Shown here: positions 20,097-28,816 of the stretch, piece after piece
How positions within the stretch are numbered: position 1 is the first letter of the stretch
Layout of the letters: every line of letters starts with the position of its first letter
Assembly: GCA_965227295.1 (NCBI GenBank)
Contig: OZ245742.1
Coordinates: forward strand, 1,952,001-2,016,000
DNA: 64,000 nucleotides
Origin: Leptonemataceae bacterium
GTDB lineage: Bacteria; Spirochaetota; Leptospiria; Leptospirales; Leptonemataceae
Reading direction: 5' to 3'
Made by a program: the position numbers and the translations under genes
The notes under the pieces: generated by a model
Told to the model about the DNA's origin: nothing
Seen by the model: only the letters and a program-made list of their open reading frames with translations
Databases searched by the model: none

Positions 20097-20729
20097 TCAG
20101 CGCCGGTTGCGGTGGAGCTGTTCAAGGTCGCGCACGCGCAGGGTGATGAGCCGCTCGGTTTCTTTCATGAGCGCCCGGCCGTCTTTCTCGTTGACCACCA
20201 GCGCGAAGCGGATCACGGAGCCGACGGTATGCGCGATGTACAGCGCAAACGATTGCACCTCGGATTTCTTCAATTCCGGCAGCAACCCGCGCAGGAGTTC
20301 GGTGAATCTTGCGGCGTTACGATAGCTGTCCCGGGCGTCGAGTTCCATTAACGCCGGTTCGGCCTGGATGCCGGCCCAGATGTTGGCAAGATCGGGGTTG
20401 TCCGTAAAGAACGCGGCGAAGCGTTTGAGCAGGGCCGGGACGGCGGCCAGAAACTCATCGACGCTCTGTACCTGGCTCAGGCCCTCTTCCAGGGCGTCGT
20501 GGATGCTCTCGTAGTACCCTTCCATGATCGCGAGCAGCACGGCGTTCTTGTCCGGGAAGTACTGGTACACCGAGCTGATGGGCACACCGGCTTCGGCGGC
20601 GATTTCGCGCATGCTCACGGCGTCGTTGCCCCGGCTGCCGATGAGTTCCCGGGCCGTGCGGAGAATCAGCTCCACGCGCTCCCGGCTGCGGGCCTGGGTC
20701 GGTCGTCTGCGCAAACCGCTCTCGCTCAT
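20097..20729 (-). CDS. TetR/AcrR family regulator
   Basis: RRPTQARSRERV, SMREIAAEAGVPISSVYQYFPDK. Confidence 0.92.
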   Translation of the reverse strand: MSESGLRRRPTQARSRERVELILRTARELIGSRGNDAVSMREIAAEAGVPISSVYQYFPDKNAVLLAIMEGYYESIHDALEEGLSQVQSVDEFLAAVPALLKRFAAFFTDNPDLANIWAGIQAEPALMELDARDSYRNAARFTELLRGLLPELKKSEVQSFALYIAHTVGSVIRFALVVNEKDGRALMKETERLITLRVRDLEQLHRNRR

Positions 20730-20809
20730 TCGCAGCAGACTCACGCGGCGGTCCCATCCTACAATAGATTTTCCGGGTGAAATTTTTCCGCCCTGGCCGT
20801 TTTTCCCTC

Positions 20810-20854
20810 TTGACAGAAAAATGAGCATTGCTCTCTTTTATGCGATCATTGCTC
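20810..20854 (+). promoter_or_regulatory. -35 box plus two putative TetR operator sites
   Basis: TTGACA at 20810; palindrome GAGCATTGCTC at 20823-20833 and variant GATCATTGCTC at 20844-20854, between divergent tetR and FMO genes. Confidence 0.55.
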
Positions 20855-20876
20855 AGGTTTGAGCCGAGAGGGTATT

Positions 20877-22274
20877 ATGAACGGAAAACACCAGGGCGCG
20901 CCGGAGCGTCGGTATTGCATTGTCGGCGCCGGGCCGGCGGGGCTGGCGATGGCCAGGGCCTTCAAAGTCAGGGGCATCGCCTTCGATGTTTTTGAAAAAC
21001 ACTCGGACGTCGGCGGTATCTGGGATCCGGAGAACCCGGGCTCGCCTATGTACGATTCGGCGCACTTCATTTCCTCGAAGACGCTGTCCGGCTACTACGA
21101 CTATCCCATGCCGGACGACTATCCGGATTACCCCGACAATCGTCGCGTACTGGAGTACCATCGGGCGTTTGCGCGGGACTACGGCCTCTACGACGACATC
21201 ACATTCGGTACGGCGATCGAAAGCATCGAGGATCGCGACGGCGCATGGTGGGTCACCCCGGCGGGCCAGGCCCCGCGTCGGTACGCCGGCGTGGTGTGTG
21301 CGAGCGGCATCACCTGGGATCCGGTTACGCCGGAGTTCGACGGAGTGTTCAACGGCGAGATCATGCACAGCGTGCAGTACCGCCATCGTGACATCTTTCG
21401 CGGGAAGCGCGTGCTGGTGATCGGTGCCGGTAACTCTGGCTGCGATATCGCCTGCGACGCCGCGTCCACGGCGGACGACGCGATGATCAGTGTGCGCCGG
21501 GGCTATTACTTTATCCCGAAACATCTGTTCGGTCAGCCCGCCGACGTCTTCGCCAGTTCATCGAGCTGGATGCCCGCGCGATTGTCGCAGATGATCTTCG
21601 GTTTCTTACTGAAGTACGTCGTCGTCGGCGATCTCACCAGACTCGGGTTGCCCGCGCCGGACCATCGTATCCTGGAATCGCATCCCATCGTGAACGATCA
21701 ATTGCTGCACTATCTGCGGCACGGTGACGTTCGTGCGAAGCTCGATGTGCTGCGTTTCGACGGCGATCATGTGGAGTTTTGGGACGGCAGTCGCGAGCGT
21801 GTGGATCTGATCGTCTGCGCCACCGGTTATCGTTGGTCGATCCCGTACATGAAGAAGTCGTACTTCACGTGGCGCGGCGGTCGGCCGGATCAGTACCTTA
21901 CGCTCTTCAATCGCGAGCACGAGAACCTGTTTTCCCTGGGCTACATGGAAACGGACGGCGGCGCGTACAAAATGTTCGACGACATGGCGGACATGATCGC
22001 GAGCTACGTGGACGCAAAAGATTCCGGCAACGCTTCCGCGCAGAAGATGGACCGCCTGATTCGCACCGACCGGCCGGCATTGAACGGCGGCATTCGTTAC
22101 CTGGCGTCGGATCGCCACGCGGCATACGTCAACAAGAACGCCTACGTGAAATACCTGCGCCGGTTGCGCAAGAAGCTCGGCTGGACGGGACTCAGAGCAG
22201 ATCAGTTTGAGTCGATCCGGAAACACGCGTCGGAAACGGAGCAGGAGGAACGGACTCGTGCAGTCGTTCGATGA
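20877..22274 (+). CDS. Flavin-containing monooxygenase
   Basis: GAGPAG, FNGEIMHSVQYR (FMO motif), GAGNSGCD, CATGY. Confidence 0.92.
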   Translation: MNGKHQGAPERRYCIVGAGPAGLAMARAFKVRGIAFDVFEKHSDVGGIWDPENPGSPMYDSAHFISSKTLSGYYDYPMPDDYPDYPDNRRVLEYHRAFARDYGLYDDITFGTAIESIEDRDGAWWVTPAGQAPRRYAGVVCASGITWDPVTPEFDGVFNGEIMHSVQYRHRDIFRGKRVLVIGAGNSGCDIACDAASTADDAMISVRRGYYFIPKHLFGQPADVFASSSSWMPARLSQMIFGFLLKYVVVGDLTRLGLPAPDHRILESHPIVNDQLLHYLRHGDVRAKLDVLRFDGDHVEFWDGSRERVDLIVCATGYRWSIPYMKKSYFTWRGGRPDQYLTLFNREHENLFSLGYMETDGGAYKMFDDMADMIASYVDAKDSGNASAQKMDRLIRTDRPALNGGIRYLASDRHAAYVNKNAYVKYLRRLRKKLGWTGLRADQFESIRKHASETEQEERTRAVVR

Positions 22275-22473
22275 AACACCGCTCGCCCTGATCACCGGCG
22301 GGGGCGGCATCGAAACCGGACGCATGGAGATCTACGTTCCGTACGGCGACGGTCTCAGCAGTCGGCTATCGGTGGTCTTTCCCTGGTTGATTCCGTTGAT
22401 CGAGCCGGTGCTCGAACGCATCGGCCGGTGGGGCCGGCGGCGCTATCTCGCTCGCAAAGAGCAGCCGGCGTAG
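22258..22473 (+). pseudogene. Short-chain dehydrogenase remnant (large in-frame internal deletion)
   Basis: Rossmann start LALITGGGGI joined directly to the SDR-type tail ETGRMEIYVP...; only 71 aa. Confidence 0.65.
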
Positions 22474-22500
22474 GACCAGCTCGCAAATCGCGCGGACATG

Positions 22501-22531
22501 AAAAAACCCCGGTCTTTGCGGCCGGGGTTTT
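22501..22531 (-). terminator. Intrinsic terminator downstream of 5S rRNA (probably bidirectional)
   Basis: AAAAAACCCCGG-TCTTTGCGG-CCGGGGTTTT hairpin with A/T tracts on both sides. Confidence 0.8.
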
Positions 22532-22570
22532 CCATGCGCTCAGGCGCTCTTGTATGATTTATGAGAACTG

Positions 22571-22689
<119 letters not shown>

Positions 22690-22710
22690 GGACCATGTGT
22701 ACACGCCGGA

Positions 22711-22745
22711 GCGGCCGGTCAAACACTTACCGAAAAAATTGGCCG
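22711..22745. repeat. Direct repeat copy 1 (5S promoter region)
   Basis: GCGGCCGGTCAAACACTTACCGAAAAAATTGGCCG; contains TTGACC on the minus strand. Confidence 0.9.
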
Positions 22746-22801
22746 GGTTACGGGGAAAAAATTAACCACCGAGGCACCGAGGACAATTCGCGTGAGGTGC
22801 C

Positions 22802-23221
22802 TCAGGCCCCTTCGACGCGGAGTCCGATCGCCTGGGCGGCCGTGGCCATCTGCCGGTCGTGGGTCACAACCCGGAAATCGGTGTCGTTCAGTTCGGCCTG
22901 CCAGAGCAGCGCCGAAGATAGATGAATGGCATCCAGGGTGCCGATGATCGTGGGAAACGGGCCGGCCGCTCTGGTCTGGATCGCCGCGTTGCATTCGATG
23001 ATGCAGAAGGAGTCCACGACGGATTGAAGTGCGGACTTGAGTTTCGCAAGATGCTCGTCTTCGAGGGAGCCTTCCAGGCGCAGACGCTGAATCGTTCGTT
23101 CGGCCTCAATCAACAGGAAACTGCTGGTCCCGGCGGTTTTCCATTTAAGAAAATCAGCGTAGATCCCCGGAGAGCCCAGTAACCATCGCAGGACCACCGA
23201 TGTATCAACATAGCAGGTCAC
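22802..23221 (-). CDS. PIN-domain toxin (VapC-like)
   Basis: YVDTSVV, LIEAER, GTLDAIHLSSA, VTHDRQM acidic PIN motifs. Confidence 0.9.
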   Translation of the reverse strand: MTCYVDTSVVLRWLLGSPGIYADFLKWKTAGTSSFLLIEAERTIQRLRLEGSLEDEHLAKLKSALQSVVDSFCIIECNAAIQTRAAGPFPTIIGTLDAIHLSSALLWQAELNDTDFRVVTHDRQMATAAQAIGLRVEGA

Positions 23222-23463
23222 CGGCGATTCCGATCCGCGAGCAGTGTTTCCACCGGATCAAAGTCTACCTGTAGCGGTGGACGCACGCGTGGTTTTTTCG
23301 GCGTTTTCGGCGGGTGTACGATCAGCCCGTCCGCCGGTAGTATCGGCCGCAGTTCCGCGACGGGCGTTTCGCGATCCAGAACCCTGACAATGCCGCCGCG
23401 CCGCACCAGCCGTAGAGCCTCGCTGAGCTTCGCCTTCAGCTCCGACACCTTCATGGTCTTCAT
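23218..23463 (-). CDS. Phd/YefM-type antitoxin
   Basis: MKVSELKAKLSEALRLVRRG..VLDRETPVAELRP; 4-nt overlap with the toxin gene. Confidence 0.9.
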   Translation of the reverse strand: MKTMKVSELKAKLSEALRLVRRGGIVRVLDRETPVAELRPILPADGLIVHPPKTPKKPRVRPPLQVDFDPVETLLADRNRR

Positions 23464-23464
23464 G

Positions 23465-23480
23465 TGACCATATATAGTCA
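23465..23480. promoter_or_regulatory. Palindromic TA autoregulatory operator overlapping the -10 box
   Basis: TGACCATATATAGTCA, a near-perfect palindrome; minus strand reads TTGACC-N18-TATATA. Confidence 0.65.
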
Positions 23481-23488
23481 TGATGGAT

Positions 23489-23522
23489 GCGGCCGGTCAA
23501 ACACTTACCGAAAAATTGGCCG
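23489..23522. repeat. Direct repeat copy 2 (TA promoter region)
   Basis: GCGGCCGGTCAAACACTTACCGAAAAATTGGCCG; identical to copy 1 except for one A. Confidence 0.9.
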
Positions 23523-23747
23523 CGCCCGGGGAATTTTTTGCCACAGAGGCACAGAGAGCACAGAGGTTTTTTGGGATGGGCGGATCAGCTATGATCGATC
23601 TCGACTCTTCGCGTTAGCGATGCGTAGTATGGCGCGCAGCGCCAGTCCGGAGCGCGCAGCGCGGAGGACCGCAGCGAAGCAAAGGGGAACGCCCAAAAAA
23701 ATCTCACCTGATACTCTACCCTTAGATTCGGGACGTGTGCGATCAAA

Positions 23748-24239
23748 CTAGGCGTCCAGAAAACGCTTCCCGTACACGAACCGCCACAGGTTCGCCAACA
23801 ATCCGCGGGAGTTCTTGTCGCCGATGCGATCGAGGAGCCGTTCCTGGGCTTCTTCCCATAACGGAATGGCGCGATTCAGAACGTCATGGCCGGCGTCGGT
23901 GACGTAGACCGAACGCGTGCGGCGGTCGTCGTCGCTCACGGCGTAGGCAATCCATTCGCCCTTTTCCAGGGGTTTGAGGTTGCGCGTGAGGGTGGTGCGA
24001 TCCATGACGAGGAGGGCGGCCAGGCGGGTGATGGAAAGATTCTCGTGCCGCGCAATTGTCGCGAGGATCTGAAACTGAGTGATGCGCAGGCCCGTGGGTT
24101 CAAGGACCTTGTCGTAGTGTTTCGTTACGAGGCGGGCGGCCTTGCGCATGTTGAAACACACGCAGGTAATGCCGATGCGCTTGAGGCGCCGGCGATACGC
24201 CAGATCCTCGGCCTCGTGATGATCGTCTGTCCCGGCCAT
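23748..24239 (-). CDS. MarR family regulator
   Basis: CVCFNMRKAAR, GLRITQFQIL, MDRTTLTRNLKPLE, DDRRTR. Confidence 0.92.
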   Translation of the reverse strand: MAGTDDHHEAEDLAYRRRLKRIGITCVCFNMRKAARLVTKHYDKVLEPTGLRITQFQILATIARHENLSITRLAALLVMDRTTLTRNLKPLEKGEWIAYAVSDDDRRTRSVYVTDAGHDVLNRAIPLWEEAQERLLDRIGDKNSRGLLANLWRFVYGKRFLDA

Positions 24240-24269
24240 TCGTAGTAAAGTAAGATGATGTGAAATTAA

Positions 24270-24318
24270 GAAAACGAAAAAGTGCGGCCCGCCCGGAATC
24301 CCGAGGTGGACGGGCCGC
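24270..24318 (-). terminator. Intrinsic terminator after the thiolase gene
   Basis: GCGGCCCG...CGGGCCGC stem followed on the minus strand by a T-rich tract. Confidence 0.6.
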
Positions 24319-24342
24319 CCTGTGAGTCGGAGAAAAGGAGAC

Positions 24343-25560
24343 TTAGTTCGCCAGGTTCTCCACGACCGTGGCGACACCCATGCCGCCGCCGATGCACAGC
24401 GTCACCAGGCCGTAGCGTTGTTTGCGGCGCTGGAGTTCGTCGAGGACCGTGCCGAGGAGAATCGCGCCGGTGCCGCCCAGCGGGTGACCGAGGGCAATGG
24501 CGCCGCCGTTCACGTTGAGCTTATCGTCCGGAATGTTCAGCTCTTTCTGCGCATAGAGTACGACCGCCGCGAAGGCTTCGTTGATTTCCCAGAGATCGAT
24601 GTCTTTGGATTCCAGGCCGGCTTTTTCCAGAGCGCGCTTCGAAGCGCTGACCGGGCCGGTGAGCATAATGGTCGGCTCGGTGCCCGTGGCGGCAATGGAT
24701 ACGATGCGGCCTTTGGGATTGAGGCCGTACTCGTTCTTAGCGCGTTCGCCGCCCAGGAGAACCGTGGCCGCGCCGTCGACGACGCCGGAGCTGTTGCCGA
24801 GGGTGTGCACGTGGTTGATCTTATCGAACTGGGGGTAGGTTTTCAGAGCGATGGCATCGAGTTCTTTTTCGCCGATGGTCTTGAAGACCGGACCGAGCTT
24901 CGAAAGGAATTCATAGTCGGATTCGATGCGCGGGTGCTCGTCGTCGACGACCACGTTGCCGTCTTTGTCTTTGACCGGCACGATGCTGTCTTTGAAGTAA
25001 CCGGCCTTGATGGCCGCGTCGGCGCGTTCCTGTGAACGAACGGCGTACCTGTCGACGTCTTCGCGAGAGAAGCCTTCTTTCGTGGCGATGAGGTCCGCGG
25101 AGATGCCCTGGGGCACCAGGTTGTAGTGTTCGGCGATGTACGGGTTGCCGATGGACATATCGAGGCCTTCGATGTCGGCGCCCATTTTTACGCGGGACAT
25201 GGACTCGACGCCGCCCGCGACGACGAGGTCCTGCATGCCGGAAGCCACGGCGCCCACGGCGTTGTTGATGGCCTGAAGGCCGGAGCCGCAGAAACGGTTT
25301 ACCGTGTAGCCGGGAACGGAGTCCGGCCAATCGGCAGCCATGACGGAGTAACGTGCAATGCACGCGCCCTGATCACTGACCTGGGAGACACAGCCCAGGA
25401 CGACGTCTTCGACCTTCTCGGGATCGAGATTATTGCGTTGCTGAAGTGCTTTGAGGGTTTCGCCCGCCAGATTCTGGGGGTGTTCGTGGGCCAGCACGCC
25501 CCGTTTTTTGCCTTTGCCGCGCGCCGTGCGCACCGCATCAAATACGTATACGTTTTCCAT
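24343..25560 (-). CDS. Acetyl-CoA C-acyltransferase (thiolase)
   Basis: [33 protein letters not shown]. Confidence 0.95.
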   Translation of the reverse strand: MENVYVFDAVRTARGKGKKRGVLAHEHPQNLAGETLKALQQRNNLDPEKVEDVVLGCVSQVSDQGACIARYSVMAADWPDSVPGYTVNRFCGSGLQAINNAVGAVASGMQDLVVAGGVESMSRVKMGADIEGLDMSIGNPYIAEHYNLVPQGISADLIATKEGFSREDVDRYAVRSQERADAAIKAGYFKDSIVPVKDKDGNVVVDDEHPRIESDYEFLSKLGPVFKTIGEKELDAIALKTYPQFDKINHVHTLGNSSGVVDGAATVLLGGERAKNEYGLNPKGRIVSIAATGTEPTIMLTGPVSASKRALEKAGLESKDIDLWEINEAFAAVVLYAQKELNIPDDKLNVNGGAIALGHPLGGTGAILLGTVLDELQRRKQRYGLVTLCIGGGMGVATVVENLAN

Positions 25561-25639
25561 GATTTTCCTCCTGATGCGCCCGGACACACGATCGATCTCC
25601 GACCGGCATCAGTTTGTGTATTTTCCTGAATTTTAACAC

Positions 25640-25676
25640 AGCGTGTATATGCACGCTTAATATGTGCATATGCACG
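25640..25676. promoter_or_regulatory. Two palindromic boxes, candidate MarR operators
   Basis: AGCGTGTATATGCACGCT (25640-25657) and GTGCATATGCAC (25664-25675) upstream of thiolase-marR. Confidence 0.6.
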
Positions 25677-25875
25677 AAAACGGGCTGTACGGCAAGGATT
25701 TTTCGGTCAGGATGGATGTCTTTCGCTCGGTACGTGAGTTTGGTGCCAGGCGAGAAAGCTGCTTATGTTTAAATTATACGCGACAAGAAAATTTCTTTCC
25801 GTAGGCTAAGAGCCTGGGATAACTGTGAGCGCGGCTTATTGTCTATAGTAAACGTTACGATATTGACATCAGGAA

Positions 25876-26061
25876 ATGAAACTTATGAATGACGCCGAAT
25901 TCCAAAAATTGTACGACCGGACACCCTCCGCTCCACAGAATGCCGGCGCCGCTATTGACTATACAAAAGTGCGCGCCGCTGCGCGCGAAGTTCTCGCCGA
26001 AAACATGGATGCCATCGAGAAATCTCTGGTCGCGCTGGCAGAGCATGGCGAACAGCAATAG
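25876..26061 (+). CDS. Small protein, possible antitoxin
   Basis: AGGA RBS; C-terminal helix AAREVLAENMDAIEKSLVALAE; overlaps the next ORF. Confidence 0.6.
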   Translation: MKLMNDAEFQKLYDRTPSAPQNAGAAIDYTKVRAAAREVLAENMDAIEKSLVALAEHGEQQ

Positions 26062-26560
26062 CGATCCTGATCACGAAGAAGTTAAGACATTATATGATAC
26101 CCTGGAAGGCTTCATCGACGACTTGAGAAGTGATCTGGCTCTTCAGACTCTTCAAACCGATCCCTACGTTCTGCTCGATGTCGTAAAAAAATACGTCAGC
26201 GATATCGATCACTTCCACAAACTGTACAACATTGAGCCCGATGAATTCAAGAAAGCCGGCTACTGGACTTTCTGGATACGAAAGCTAAAGCCGGTCCACA
26301 TCGTAAATCCGCAAGAACAGGCTCGCCAGGCTCCCGTGGGCAGGGACCTGGTTCTCGGTTGGTATATCAACGAGTTTCTGGCCGTCAGCTATTCCCTGGG
26401 CGTTCTCCGGGTCGCCATCCGCCCCAGGCAGCAGTTCCGGCTCACTCCGCATTTATGGCGTGAGCTTGTGTATGGCCTTCGTTATCGTGCGATTTCGCCG
26501 CATGGGATGGCGCTATTCTATGAAGCTCTGGCGACCAATACAGTCATCTCCGAGCGTTAG
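26045..26560 (+). CDS. Hypothetical helical protein, possibly Fido/Doc-like
   Basis: 171 aa; PDEFKKAGYWTFWIRKLKP...YINEFLA. Confidence 0.65.
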   Translation: MANSNSDPDHEEVKTLYDTLEGFIDDLRSDLALQTLQTDPYVLLDVVKKYVSDIDHFHKLYNIEPDEFKKAGYWTFWIRKLKPVHIVNPQEQARQAPVGRDLVLGWYINEFLAVSYSLGVLRVAIRPRQQFRLTPHLWRELVYGLRYRAISPHGMALFYEALATNTVISER

Positions 26561-26621
26561 GTCTCCTGACGGAACACGGCGGCGGGGTATCTGGCGGACA
26601 ATTCGACATCGGTCCTCGTAT

Positions 26622-27896
26622 ATGTGGCTGAGCGGAATCTGGGCCGCCGCCGGGATCTATGCCGTCCTGAAAATCCTGGATCCCGCGGAACTGGCAGGGC
26701 TTCCCTGGTTCGAGCTGATTGCCATCATGGCCTTTTGGTCGTTCGTGATCGTGCTCACAAACCATGCCTTCCTGAGTGGGCGCTGGTCGTTTCAACGCTG
26801 GCGTGATTGGGCTCCGTACACGATCGGTGTGACGGCGTGCCTGGCCATCGGTTATTTGGCCGCGCATTCCCTGCGCTACGCCGTGGTCTGGTTGATCCTG
26901 CTGTGCGGCGGACACCTTATGTTGGTGGGATTCCTCGGAAGGCGCGTCCTGGCCGTGAGCATCGGGGTCACTTCGCTTACGTTGTGGTTGTCGTACCTGA
27001 CGTTGGGACATCCGTTGAGCTACGAGGCCGTCGTCTTTCTGGGCTTGCTCCCCGTCTTGATGCTCCTGTTTTTGTCGTGGCTCTACATTACCTCGGAGTT
27101 CGTCCGCGATCAAAGCGAAACCATCCGCCGCCTTCTGCGCGACTCGCGCCGGGACAAACGCATCATTCAAGATGAGCGCCGCAAATCCGACAATCTGCTC
27201 TTGAACATTCTGCCCGCCATCGTTGCGGACGAACTCAAAGAAACCGGCGCTACCCGACCCGTGCAGTACGATTCCGTTTCCGTGATGTTTACCGACTTCA
27301 AAGGATTTACGCGAGTCGCCGAGACCATGCAACCGCAGGATCTCATCGCCGAACTGGATCGTTGCTTTTCATTTTTTGACGCGCTTACCGAACGCCACAA
27401 CCTGGAGAAGCTCAAGACCATCGGTGACTCGTTCATGTGCGCGGGCGGTCTGCCGGAGATCAATGCAAGCCACGCCGTGGACTGCGTGCTGGCGGCCCTG
27501 GAGATTCAGGCGTTTATGAACCAGATGAAAGAACTCAAGCGCGAACAAGGCCTTCCGTATTGGGAACTGCGCCTCGGTATTCATTCGGGACCGGTGGTGG
27601 CCGGAGTGATCGGTGAAAAGAAGTTCGCTTATGATGTCTGGGGCGACACGGTCAACACGGCGTCGCGCATGGAGTCTTCCGGCACGCCGGGAATGGTAAA
27701 CGTCTCCGGCGCAACCTGGGAGCTGGTGCGAGACTTTTTCGTGGGCGAACATCGCGGGTTGGTGAATGCGAAACACAAGGGCGAGATCGACATGTATTAC
27801 GTAACCGGTATTCAATCGCACTTAAGCCGGGACGCCGCCGGCCGGGTTCCGAACGGAACATTTCAGGAATACTACGGAGCCCTTACGCGCAGTTAA
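26622..27896 (+). CDS. Membrane-bound class III adenylate/guanylate cyclase
   Basis: About 6 TM helices; LLLNILP, FTDFKGFT, KLKTIGDSFM, KFAYDVWGDTVNTASRMES. Start approximate. Confidence 0.93.
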   Translation: MWLSGIWAAAGIYAVLKILDPAELAGLPWFELIAIMAFWSFVIVLTNHAFLSGRWSFQRWRDWAPYTIGVTACLAIGYLAAHSLRYAVVWLILLCGGHLMLVGFLGRRVLAVSIGVTSLTLWLSYLTLGHPLSYEAVVFLGLLPVLMLLFLSWLYITSEFVRDQSETIRRLLRDSRRDKRIIQDERRKSDNLLLNILPAIVADELKETGATRPVQYDSVSVMFTDFKGFTRVAETMQPQDLIAELDRCFSFFDALTERHNLEKLKTIGDSFMCAGGLPEINASHAVDCVLAALEIQAFMNQMKELKREQGLPYWELRLGIHSGPVVAGVIGEKKFAYDVWGDTVNTASRMESSGTPGMVNVSGATWELVRDFFVGEHRGLVNAKHKGEIDMYYVTGIQSHLSRDAAGRVPNGTFQEYYGALTRS

Positions 27897-27909
27897 ATCG
27901 AAGCGCTTA

Positions 27910-28800
27910 CGCCGCAAGAAACGATCCGGTAGCTGAGTCGCAAACCGACGTCCGGGTCGAACGCAGCATGCTTTGCAAAACGAAAGTCCACAACTCCCGC
28001 TCAGCCGTAGCCATAAAAACCCCTTCACTATGCTGCAACTTACCTTGTGTGTCTCACGGCAAACGTCGCGAACCACAGCTCTTGAACTACCGGAAATGTT
28101 CTTATTCGTTCAAGCACGCCCCGCGTCGTGGTGTAAGTAGCGGCGAGTGTACATTAAGGCTGTTATGGTTACGGCTGGTTCCAGCTAACGAGCGGAGGTC
28201 ATGCCGGGGATATGTGGGGCGCGCACCGGAACGGCGTCTTCTCTTCGGAATCCATCCCGCGAATCCGCACCCCGGAGCCCCGCTCTATCCGCGGGGCGGA
28301 GCGGGTGCGGGTTCGCGATAGCTGAGTCGCAGAACCAACGTCCGGGTCGAACGCAGCATGCTTCGCAAAACGAAAATCCACAACTCCCGCTTCGCCGTAG
28401 CCAAAAAAATCCTTTTAAAGTTTGGCGACTGATTCCCTTTTTTTACGGCAAACGCAACGAGCCGCAGCTCTTGAACTACCGGAAACGTTTTATTCGTTCG
28501 CACACGCCCCGAATCGTGGTGTAAGTGGTGGCCAGTTTGCATTAAGACTTTTTTGGGTACGGCTGGTTCCAGCAGATGAACGGAGGTCATGCCGGGGAAT
28601 GTGGTAAGGCGCACCGGAACGGCGTCTTCGCCGCAAGAAACGCGACGGGAGATGAGTCGCACAACCAGCGTCCGGGTCGAGGCGGACTATCTTAACAAAG
28701 CGACATACCACAAATCCGAAGAGCCGTAGCAAACAAATCCCCGTCACCATTGCGCGACTTACTTCATGTTTCTCACGGCAACGGTTGCGAGCCGCAGTTC
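27910..28800. repeat. Non-coding degenerate tandem repeat, ~310-330 bp unit, about 2.5 copies
   Basis: Units at ~27930-28241, 28319-28629 and a partial unit at 28651-28800. Shared blocks include TGAGTCGCA, CGTCCGGGTCGA, GCCGTAGC and ACGGCAA. Confidence 0.9.
28258..28317. repeat. GC-rich REP-like hairpin inserted between repeat units
   Basis: CGCGAATCCGCACCC..GCCCCGC-loop-GCGGGGC..GGGTGCGGGTTCGCG. Confidence 0.75.
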
Positions 28801-28816
28801 CGGGGGCGGATTCGAC

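Noticed and set aside
27968..28750. Short ORFs inside the tandem repeat
   Set aside because: Frames are not preserved between copies because of indels, and the composition is not protein-like
27910..28800. CRISPR array or integron attC array
   Set aside because: Units are ~310-330 bp and homologous throughout, with no short identical repeats with unique spacers, no cassette ORFs, and no cas or integrase gene in the window
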